Source: a virus
Lineage: Duplodnaviria; Heunggongvirae; Uroviricota; Caudoviricetes
DNA length: 64,000 nucleotides
Virus record (IMG/VR): IMGVR_UViG_3300033405_000002
Span: 1-64,000 of that record
Reading direction: 5' to 3' (one strand)
Of the stretch, positions 49,977 to 58,542 are shown piece by piece. Below the pieces are notes generated by a model. That model worked only from the letters and a program-made list of their open reading frames with translations. It was not told the DNA's origin and searched no databases. Positions within the stretch are counted from its first letter, which is position 1, and each line of letters begins with the position of its first letter. The position numbers were made by a program, and so were the translations under genes.

Positions 49977-51217
49977 TCTTCTTCGGGCTCTTCCGCTTCG
50001 TAAGGTAGCAGACCAAAGTTCCCCGGTTCCAGTTTCAGTGTCTCGTTCACGTTGTCGATGAAAATGTTAACGCCGTTCTTCATGGCAATCAACCACTCAC
50101 ACCAGTAGTCTCGGATTTCCAGTGAGCCACGGCTTTTAGCGTGGACTTTCATTTCCTTCTTGAACTGCGGCAGATCAAATCCCCGCAGTGCGGCGCATCC
50201 AGCGTCGGATAGGTTGACGTTATCGTTAATGTCGATGGTAAGCAGGTCTGTGCGATACTGCTTCTCCTCGCCCTTCTTGTTGAACTTTGAATCCAGATGT
50301 TGGAAAGTCACAGCAGCCGACACCACTTCAGATTCCTGTGTCAGATTCAGCAGGGTGAATGCTGTGCTGACACTGGCTTCACTGGATGGTTCACTCGCCT
50401 TGAACAGCCTGATCTTTGCCGGAGTGCTCAAGCCAGCCCATTGCCCGGTCTCAAGCTCAGCCAGAGCGAAGTAGTTGCTCACGATACGTTCCATCAACTT
50501 GTCTTCCAGCTTCTCAACCTCGTCTGGACGGAAGCGGCGCAAGTCTTCGGCGCGAGATGCCATTTGGCTCTCGAATTTGTTATCGCCGCGAACGGCGTTC
50601 AAGAACTTGCTGGGCCAGTTGAAATCTCCAAACTGCCATGCAAGATTGACAATCTCGATCTCGTCTTCGTTACCGAAAGAGCAAAGCAGTGTCCGCAGGA
50701 AGCCGATGTATTCCGGCTTGGTTGTCAGCGCGTACACGCGCTCAGCAGTGATGTCAATGAGCACCGGGAATTGGACACGAGAACTTACAGCAGACGCCGT
50801 AACAGCGCCTTCTACCTGCTTCTTCTCATCCTTGTTCAAGAATTTGAATGGCTTGTTCGCCAGTTCATAGGCGTGCGCTTCTTGCTTGGATTTTGGGTCG
50901 GTCACATCTTCGTAGTCGTTGATGCAAAACCAGAAGCCCAGTTTGCCGTCCCCCAACTTGAACTCGTCCCCGACGCCGTAACAATCGGTGCGCGTTGCAG
51001 GATCAAAACCTTCTTCGGTTGGCGCTTCGTAATCGTAGTTCTCGTCCTTGCGCGGGCTGGCGAACGGGTTGATACCGATGCTGACCGTATGCTCGAACTT
51101 CGTTACGTGCATCGCCCTGTACTGGCTGGCGGCAAACGCCAACGCAGGGTCACTGAATCTCTGCTCAAGCACACTGCTACGAATTCCGAAAACCGCCCAC
51201 GTGCCACGTCCGAACAT
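49973..51217 (-). CDS. hypothetical protein, weak RdgC-like resemblance
   Basis: 414-aa ORF is clear; LNKDEKKQV...VLID...VY pattern only loosely recalls RdgC. Confidence 0.4.
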   Translation of the reverse strand: MFGRGTWAVFGIRSSVLEQRFSDPALAFAASQYRAMHVTKFEHTVSIGINPFASPRKDENYDYEAPTEEGFDPATRTDCYGVGDEFKLGDGKLGFWFCINDYEDVTDPKSKQEAHAYELANKPFKFLNKDEKKQVEGAVTASAVSSRVQFPVLIDITAERVYALTTKPEYIGFLRTLLCSFGNEDEIEIVNLAWQFGDFNWPSKFLNAVRGDNKFESQMASRAEDLRRFRPDEVEKLEDKLMERIVSNYFALAELETGQWAGLSTPAKIRLFKASEPSSEASVSTAFTLLNLTQESEVVSAAVTFQHLDSKFNKKGEEKQYRTDLLTIDINDNVNLSDAGCAALRGFDLPQFKKEMKVHAKSRGSLEIRDYWCEWLIAMKNGVNIFIDNVNETLKLEPGNFGLLPYEAEEPEEE

Positions 51218-52401
51218 TTAACCTTCCTCTTCTTCGCTTTCGTCAAGAACCTGTTTGGTCAGGTTCAAGCCTGACTTGGCAAACTCGTCGCCACGGTTGG
51301 CAACCAACTCAATAAGCTGGTCACGGACGCTGTGCGCTTCTTCGATCACGGTGTCCGTCAAACTCAGGAGCGCCATGTGCGTATGCACCGGGTTCCCGTT
51401 CATGGACGTTTCGATGGTCTCACTCAACCAGCCGTCAAGGTTGCTGATGAACCTATCGAACACTTCGTTCAAGACCGTGGTCGCCGCAAGCTCAGTTACC
51501 AGATCATCTGCTTCGTCTGCAACTGGCTCTAGGTTCACAGTGCCTTGGATGGTTTCTACGCTCTTGCCGTCTGCGTTCATAGTTATTCTGCTTTCTTCAG
51601 AAGTTCCTGCGGTGTTGCCGCCTTGTCAGCGGACGTTACTTTGGTGCGCGAAACTACCTGACGCTCAGCGCCTTCGAGACTCCAAGCGGTTTCTGCCTGC
51701 TCCGTGTCTTCGGGAAGTATGAGCGCTTCCACCTTTGCGGCGCAGTCACGGTAGTATTCAATGCCCTTCATCTGACTGCGAGTGAGTTGACCTGTCACAT
51801 CGCCACGTGCGGCGATAGCATTGGCTTGCTTGTGATACTGCGTTGCGATGGATCGTAAATTAGGCATGTAGTCTCACCTTTGCAAATGCCCGGTTAAGGG
51901 ATTCCTGCACCTTTTGGCGCATCCATTCTTCGGGATCGTTCTCCCGCAGTTCGCGATCTCGCTTCTCTGCGGTTTCCCTTGGGAAGTAATACTCCCAGAC
52001 TTGCTCGATGCTGTAGAACTTCTTCATGCCAGCTTGTCTTTGACAAACTCTCGCACGGTGTTGTCCAACTTGTCCGCCAGTTCCTTGCCGTGCAAACTCA
52101 AAAAGGCACGTGCCTGATCGGTTGTGAACTCATTGCCCTTAGCTCTGCGGACAAGAGTCCCGATACCGCGTAGCCTGCCGATGCCGTACTCAATACGAAT
52201 GCCGTCGAAAGGAAGTTCCTTTGGGGACTTTCCCGGCTTGAAGCCAGCAGCATTGCGTACCGCCGTCCATAGGTCTTCTTCATCCACGGGACGGTCAGGG
52301 TGCCAAACGGCCGCGTAATACAGGTTGCGCACCGCTTCGATGAGGTCAGTAAGCTGACCTTCAACAGTTTGAATCGAGTTTTCTTCTGTCATTGCTTTCA
52401 T
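51218..52401 (-). other. hypothetical genes (51218-51580 acidic, 51583-51867, 51860-52027, 52024-52401)
   Basis: Tiled minus-strand ORFs. Confidence 0.6.
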
Positions 52402-52415
52402 CCTGTCTCCTAATA

Positions 52416-53588
52416 CTAGCGTGCTGACTTTTCCAAGTAAGCGTTCGACACCATCTTAAGCATAACACGCCCAAGCTTCCAATGTTTACGTTCCTTGAGC
52501 GGTTTGATGACAATGCCTTCACGCATACAGTTGGCTCCCTTGAGTAGGGATTGGCCGTCTGCGAGCGCCTGAAGTTTCTCGAAATCGAACGGCATGATGC
52601 CAAAGTCAGGAACACGGTGCTCCGCTGGCAGTTCGGCGATAAACCGCTCCGCGTCAATGTATTCCATGCCTTCCAGAATATCGAAGGCGCGGAAGAACAA
52701 TTGTCCCGGTTTCGCTCCGTACTTGAGCGGCTGCACCCAGCCAAAGACTTCGCCGTACAGCACCGTCTCCGGGTTGGTTATCATCCACTCCTGAATCCAT
52801 GGGTTTTGTTCGATGGCTCTCCACCAGTTTGAGCCGCCTTCCTTCTTCTTCCACTCCGTGCGCGATCCCGCGTGGAACGTGTAGTCGGAGCAGTTGTAGA
52901 CAGCACCCCCCGGTTTCTTTTCTTTGTAATCCGGCCCCATCGTGGAGACATAACGTGCGTTCTGTCCGTCCAGTTTTTCAGACACGTAGACTGGCTCGCC
53001 AGCCTCAAAGCAGTCGGCGAACTTGTAAACAGACTCCACGTCATACTTCGGGGCGTAGATCATCGGCGGCGGGGACGCTACATCGTCTCCGGCGTGCTTA
53101 CGGCTGCCTTCCAGTTCATCTGCCGTTGGCGGCTCGTAGTGTGTGATCCCAAGAATCTCGGCTACATCATCGCCGATCTGGGAACCTTCCGGCGCTGGCA
53201 AAAGCATACCCATGCTGATAATACCGCGCAGCTTGCGCACTGTGATGCGCAGGTACTTTGTGTTGGCGTCGATGCGCTTCTCAAGCTCAGCCAACTTTTG
53301 CTCATAGTCAAGACGGGCCAGATCGCTCTCGTGCTCAGCTTCCATCTTGGCGCGAAGCTCTTCCCGTTCTTTACGTAGGTTGTTCGTCTCTTTCAAGAAA
53401 CGGTACTCCGGCTTGTCAGGAAGGACGGAATCAGGCTGGACGTATGCGGCTTTTTCAACGCCTTGCCAGTCGGCGGTGTTCACCACACATGTGAAGTTGT
53501 ACACGCGCACGACGGACAGCTTGTCCGCGTCTGGGTGCTTCTCCAGCACTACTGGAACGATTTCTACTTTGTGCGTCTCAACTCCCAT
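52416..53588 (-). CDS. RNA ligase, DRB0094/Rnl5 family
   Basis: N-terminal OB (HPDADKL, KLRGIISMG, LGITHYEPP); SEKLDGQN, YGEVFG, AFDI, REGIVIK, LKMVSNAY. Confidence 0.88.
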   Translation of the reverse strand: MGVETHKVEIVPVVLEKHPDADKLSVVRVYNFTCVVNTADWQGVEKAAYVQPDSVLPDKPEYRFLKETNNLRKEREELRAKMEAEHESDLARLDYEQKLAELEKRIDANTKYLRITVRKLRGIISMGMLLPAPEGSQIGDDVAEILGITHYEPPTADELEGSRKHAGDDVASPPPMIYAPKYDVESVYKFADCFEAGEPVYVSEKLDGQNARYVSTMGPDYKEKKPGGAVYNCSDYTFHAGSRTEWKKKEGGSNWWRAIEQNPWIQEWMITNPETVLYGEVFGWVQPLKYGAKPGQLFFRAFDILEGMEYIDAERFIAELPAEHRVPDFGIMPFDFEKLQALADGQSLLKGANCMREGIVIKPLKERKHWKLGRVMLKMVSNAYLEKSAR

Positions 53589-54666
53589 TTTCCTTATCCT
53601 CCTTCGCCTGAAGCTTCCAACCAATCCAATCAAAATCAATCGCGTAAGCATCACCCGTAGTGAAGCTGTGACCAATGATTTCATCCCCACGCCATGTTGC
53701 GCCTTTCGCGAGCAGATCAGTGAACTTTGGCTTTTCCCCATTGACCGTGATCTTCGGTCGGAAGTCCCCGTCGCCGTCCGCAAAGAAGGCTGTCCAGCGA
53801 GATGATCCCATGCTGCCAAGGCTCTGCCATGTAGCAAACAGGTCGTTCAGCGCGATCTCCTGCGCCTCAGTTACGTTCTCAATCACCACGGTCAGTGTGC
53901 GCTTGCTTCGGTCTCTCATACGCCTCCGTCCTCATCGCCGTCTTCGGCTTGTTGGTCACCAAGCTCTTCGGCGATCTTCTCTTGGGCCTGTGCAATGACC
54001 ATCTTCACATTCTTCCGCGCCATCAACTGATACTCCAACACGAACGCATCATAAACTGTCGGGTCGGCGAACCTTTCGCGGTAATGCTTCCACCGCTCCA
54101 TGTACGCTTCTACGGCGTAATCGCACTCGTGCAGGACGATCTCGATACTGACCGGATCGGTTGGGTTAAACTGCTGGTCGATTGTTGGCTTTACAGTGTC
54201 TTCTCGTATCGCCTTGGTCAGTTCAAGGATCAGTTCAGGATCACTCATTCCCAGCCGCTTTCGATTTCTCGCGTTGTTCCACGCCAGAAACAATGTGCTC
54301 ATCCAAGACTTTTTTCTGTTTGTCAAAGGCACCAAGCACCCACAGGAATACCGTTACGTCTCGGTACTCGCGGAGAAGGACTTCGGGATTGCGAAGCTGG
54401 TCGGCGAACTGCTGAGCCAATTCTTCTTTCGTGAACAGCGGGACAAACTTATTGTCTTTGAGGCATACGTCGGGATTCGTACTGCCGCACTGTGTACATC
54501 CTACCACTTTGTGCCCCACCATGGAAGCGCCCTTGCAGTTAGTTGGGCATGGGCGCAGGTTTTGTTTCAAGAAACGGCGGCGGTGCCGATGGATAGTTTC
54601 CTTCGCGGCGGCTATGATCTCTTCCAGCGACTTAAGCTGAATTAAATTAAGAAGCGGGTCTTTCAC
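53578..54666 (-). other. hypothetical genes (53578-53919, 53916-~54250, 54241-54666 Cys-rich)
   Basis: Tiled minus-strand ORFs. Confidence 0.6.
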
Positions 54667-55327
54667 CGAGGCTTGATCCCTTCATTTCTTCGAGCCGGGG
54701 CCCTTCCACCTTGCGGAGCAAAGGCGCTTGCCCTTCTATCGGTAATACTTCATAAATGTGGTCGGCGGCAGAAGTTATCGTCGGTTGATGGGAGATGGCA
54801 AAGATCGTAAACCCCAGCTTTGACAAGGTTTTCAGCATCTCGCTGACCTTTGGTTGGTACTCCGGGGAGACGTTCGAAAACTGCTCGTCCAGTGCAATGA
54901 ACGGGGCGAGCTTGAAACGTTTGATGAGAATGATGCGAAGCAAGAAGCCAACTATATTCTGAACGCCGCCGCCGAACGATTCCATGGGATTTCCCACAGT
55001 ATCGCCTTTCTTGATAAGCAAGCTGTAGCTGTTGCCACGAGCGGTTGTCTTCTTCTCGATCAACAGACCGATATGGTCATTGTTGAACACACGGCGTAGG
55101 CCGTCGCTCACGATGCCCTCGATCTTGCCAATGCCGTTCGCACTGACGATTTGGACGCACCGATCCAGCGTGCCTACAGCTTTTACCAGATCGCTCTTTT
55201 CAGACTCCAAAACTTTAATTCTCGCTTGGAGTCTTACAATCTGATTCTGCTCATACTCCATCTGCTGCCCCATTCTGGCGACGGAAGAGTGGATATTTGC
55301 GACGCGGTTAACTAGCATTTGGTCCAT
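54647..55327 (-). CDS. Rad50/SbcC/gp46-like ABC ATPase, C-terminal half only
   Basis: Short coiled coil, signature-like SFGGG, Walker B IALDE, H-loop ISHQ; no Walker A. Confidence 0.75.
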   Translation of the reverse strand: MDQMLVNRVANIHSSVARMGQQMEYEQNQIVRLQARIKVLESEKSDLVKAVGTLDRCVQIVSANGIGKIEGIVSDGLRRVFNNDHIGLLIEKKTTARGNSYSLLIKKGDTVGNPMESFGGGVQNIVGFLLRIILIKRFKLAPFIALDEQFSNVSPEYQPKVSEMLKTLSKLGFTIFAISHQPTITSAADHIYEVLPIEGQAPLLRKVEGPRLEEMKGSSLGERPAS

Positions 55328-55856
55328 CGAATTCCTTCACTCTTCTCAAATACCCTAGGAATTCAGCGTAAGGCATATCCATCTTTGCCCGCTGACAAAT
55401 TTTACAACAAGGCAAAACATTCTCCGGTATATACCCTTGACCATTGTTTTTGCGGTCAAGACCGTTATACGCAAAATCGCCATTACCATACTTGGCTTTC
55501 ATTAAGTTCGAAAGAGACACGCCGCAGTAATGACAGGGTTGTTGTGTAAGTTTATTGAATAGGTTTCTGGAAATTTTCCAAACCAGACCTCGCCGTTTTG
55601 CGGAATTGACTCGATAGTCTGTATAAAGTTGAGTTTGGGCTGCGTATCCCGGCGCTTTTCTGGCGAGATCAACGCACAAACACCCACAACTTTTGGATGC
55701 GCCACTGCGGAGGCTTTTAGCGTAGACATCTTTCTCTACCCCACAGGCACATCGACAATGCCAAACAACGAAGTTGCCGCGTTTGCCAGAGCATTTCAAA
55801 ACCGTCCAGCGCCCAAAAATCTGTCCGGTTAGATCAAATCGTCTTAGTGTTCCCAC
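55308..55856 (-). mobile_element. HNH-type homing endonuclease
   Basis: DLTGQIFGRWTV, WHCRCACG, KSCGC, CHYCG, GLDRKNN..GY..ENVLPCC..C; AT-richer; start approximate. Confidence 0.85.
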
Positions 55857-55869
55857 AATACCAACCCAC

Positions 55870-56384
55870 CTACTTAGAGTTTGGTAGTGTTTTTTCTTCC
55901 TTGTAGCTGACGACTTCGAACCCACGGATGTCGATGCCGGGGACGATGGCTAATACTGTGTAGCCGTCAACATGCAGCTTGTCCAGATATGTCGGTAGCT
56001 CCTGCTTGTACACGCTGTCCTGCCTGTGCGTGCGCACTGTAGCTGGACGGCTGCGCGTGCCCTTCTTGGTTGTAACGTTCGGTGGTCCGCCTGCGTCAAA
56101 TGTCTTCTCGCTTCCAACTTCATCAATGCTCATATTGTTCTCTCTTCCTGTGGCGGAACCTCTTGACCAAGCTTGTGCAGGCGCGTAGCGATGCGACTGG
56201 CTATCTTCTCTGCTGTCTCATAGCGCAAGGCGCACTTGATACAGGACAAGTCCCACACACTCTCTGAGTCCGGCAACCGTCCGGCATGACTCCCGCAAGC
56301 GACCAAATCCATCAGCCCTAGCTTCATCATGTCTTTCAGTTCCAGATCAATGAATTCAAGTGACCCAAGTTTCGTGGTCTTCAT
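55870..56384 (-). other. hypothetical genes (55870-56133, 56130-56384)
   Basis: ATGA-coupled small ORFs. Confidence 0.6.
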
Positions 56385-56399
56385 AGAGTAATACCGCAG

Positions 56400-56427
56400 A
56401 AAAAGAAAACCCCGGCTTTCGCCGGGG
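56400..56427 (-). terminator. intrinsic terminator
   Basis: CCCCGGC-GAAA-GCCGGGG followed by TTTTCTTTTT. Confidence 0.85.
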
Positions 56428-56564
56428 CCTCTAGCGCGTGCTTTGGAAGCTCATCTCCGTCTGCGCCCATCTTCTTGTTCTGGTGGATGTTCCTTTTTGG
56501 CGGGCGGTCCACTGCCGCCATGCTTCTTTGTCATTCGGGTCGGGAGATTGGCAAAAATAGTCCA

Positions 56565-56888
56565 TTAAGACGTGAGCGCTTCGTCCAGTGCGGCGCGGAT
56601 TTCCTTCTCTACGCTGTCAGACCAACCTACAAACTGGTTGACCCTTACGCCGTCTTTGAAGACGCAGAAGTTGGGGATTCCCCGGACGCCGTTCTCCACA
56701 GCGTACCTAGAGCCGCCTGTATCAATGTTGTGCTTAACAACTTTCGCTTTCCCAGCGTAGTCGTTAGCGATCTGTTCAATGGCTGGCGATGCGGCGCGAC
56801 ACGGGCCACACCAATCAGCGTAGAAGTCCACAAGCACTACGCCCGTGCCTACTTCCTGTTGGAATGTTTCATCGGTGATTTGATTCAT
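56565..56888 (-). CDS. trxA: thioredoxin
   Basis: VDFYADWCGPC, VRGIP, FKDG. Confidence 0.95.
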   Translation of the reverse strand: MNQITDETFQQEVGTGVVLVDFYADWCGPCRAASPAIEQIANDYAGKAKVVKHNIDTGGSRYAVENGVRGIPNFCVFKDGVRVNQFVGWSDSVEKEIRAALDEALTS

Positions 56889-57474
56889 ATCTTTTCCTTT
56901 ACGAATAGCTTTTTACCATCTGTAACCACCAGCTTTGTGCCCAACCGTCGCTGCCTAACTTTTTCCGCGAAACTTGCGGGTTTGGGCTTTCCTTTCAGTC
57001 CCCTTGAAATGCTTTGCTTGTGTTCTGCGGTGAGCGGCCCGTTAAGCCCAGCAAAGGGTAAAAATGGTCGGTGGAAAGCCGCAAAAGAAAAAGCGAGTCA
57101 TTGAAGGGAAAACCACCGACCCAAATGGTTACTCTACCCTTACGAGCGGCTCTAAGTTTTGCACGAACAGCTTCAGTTGGCACACCACCATCCCCACCTA
57201 GGGTAAGATTATAGCCATACCCCGGCTCATTCGCTCGATAGTGCTGGATAAAGTGTATCTCCATCTTGTCAAGTTCTTCTGACGAAAGGGCATACGAAAT
57301 TATGCAACGTTCGAAGTTCTCTTCACCGTATTTACGCAGAGCATTGTGGAAGTAATTTTTGTCTCCATACCGCACCATTCCGAGATGCTCGTTATGCCGT
57401 TTCCTCAAAGAAAACGCGGTCTTGCCAACGTACACTTTGTTGTTGATGCGATTGCGGTAAATATAAACTAGCAT
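56885..57474 (-). pseudogene. GIY-YIG endonuclease with disrupted NUMOD3-like C-terminus
   Basis: VYIY..N.INNKVYVGKT, ALRKYG, E, GYNLT.GG; C-terminal repeats out of frame and partly inverted. Confidence 0.75.
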
Positions 57475-57477
57475 TTT

Positions 57478-58527
57478 TCAAAACGAGCGAAAGTTCACTG
57501 CAAAAGCACCACGGATCAACCGCATCGTTGATGTCGGCCCAGACCCGCTCGATGTCGATTCAAGTGTAACATAATCATCCGATGCTTGCGAGAGTGCGTC
57601 GATAATGACGCTTGCGGTCTTGGCTTGAAGACCAAACCTGTCCCAATCACCCGTCTCCCCAAGGGAATTGCGGTTATCGCCGAAATTTCCCTTGGCGATC
57701 ACACCCTGCTTGGGGTCAATGTCAATGGTCTCACCTTCGTCCAGCAACCCAACGGCCGCGTGCAGGCAAGTCAGCAGGCGCTCGGCTGGAAGCTTAGTGA
57801 TCTCAACCCCCGGCACGTTGTAGGTGTCGAATAGCTGACTTCCCAGCGTATGCCCCTTCGTATAGGTGATAAGATCGCCTATTACCGCGCCCCAATAGCC
57901 GTTCTGAGTGAGAACCAATTCATCCACGGGCTGTCCGGCTACCATGCGCAGGAACGGCTCGCGGGGACTAAGCTTGATCGGTTGGGAAGAGATGCGCTCG
58001 CCGCCGTCCCACATGACCACAGCGCTCTTGTTGGTTGGGAGCATGAGCTTGCCGTGCTTTAGAACAGGCGTATTCGCCAGTGTGAATGGCTTGATGTTGA
58101 TGCCTTCAAAGGTCTGCTGATCGAGCGTAATGACTCGCGGCCCAATGTCATGGGTTTTGATTCCGGCCTGTTTCTCAGCAACCGTATGCACATGCGTTTC
58201 GCTGTTGGAGCCAACTTCGCTAGTGCCATACATGCGCATGATTCCACGCTCGTTAAGGCTCAACTCGATGCTGTCTTCCGGGCAGTTTTTGAGCACATTT
58301 GTGAGATGGCTGAGCGACACATACGCAGTCGGATACGCACCAAAATCCTTGGACTGAATGACGCCATCGTTGTTCGTGCGCAGAAAGAGTGGCTTCTGCC
58401 CATCCACCAACTGAACGGCAACATACGGCGCACCCTTAGGGTCAAACGCGGTGAGAGCCTTCAGTGGCTTCAAAAGATCATTCTTATTTATGAGCATAGG
58501 CGCAACAGCTAAGCACGCAACTGGCAT
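57478..58527 (-). CDS. hypothetical protein, possible divergent beta sliding clamp
   Basis: About 340 aa; MLINKNDLLKPL start and three helix-pair units loosely recall DnaN; dnaX present in the window. Confidence 0.4.
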   Translation of the reverse strand: MPVACLAVAPMLINKNDLLKPLKALTAFDPKGAPYVAVQLVDGQKPLFLRTNNDGVIQSKDFGAYPTAYVSLSHLTNVLKNCPEDSIELSLNERGIMRMYGTSEVGSNSETHVHTVAEKQAGIKTHDIGPRVITLDQQTFEGINIKPFTLANTPVLKHGKLMLPTNKSAVVMWDGGERISSQPIKLSPREPFLRMVAGQPVDELVLTQNGYWGAVIGDLITYTKGHTLGSQLFDTYNVPGVEITKLPAERLLTCLHAAVGLLDEGETIDIDPKQGVIAKGNFGDNRNSLGETGDWDRFGLQAKTASVIIDALSQASDDYVTLESTSSGSGPTSTMRLIRGAFAVNFRSF

Positions 58528-58542
58528 GTAGCCTAATACCGA

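Noticed and set aside
51986-51995. Class B promoter motif GAGTATTA
   Set aside because: Falls inside the 55-codon ORF 51860-52027
55308-57474. Group I intron or intein hosting the endonucleases
   Set aside because: Both endonuclease ORFs abut or overlap neighbouring genes, leaving no room for intron core elements
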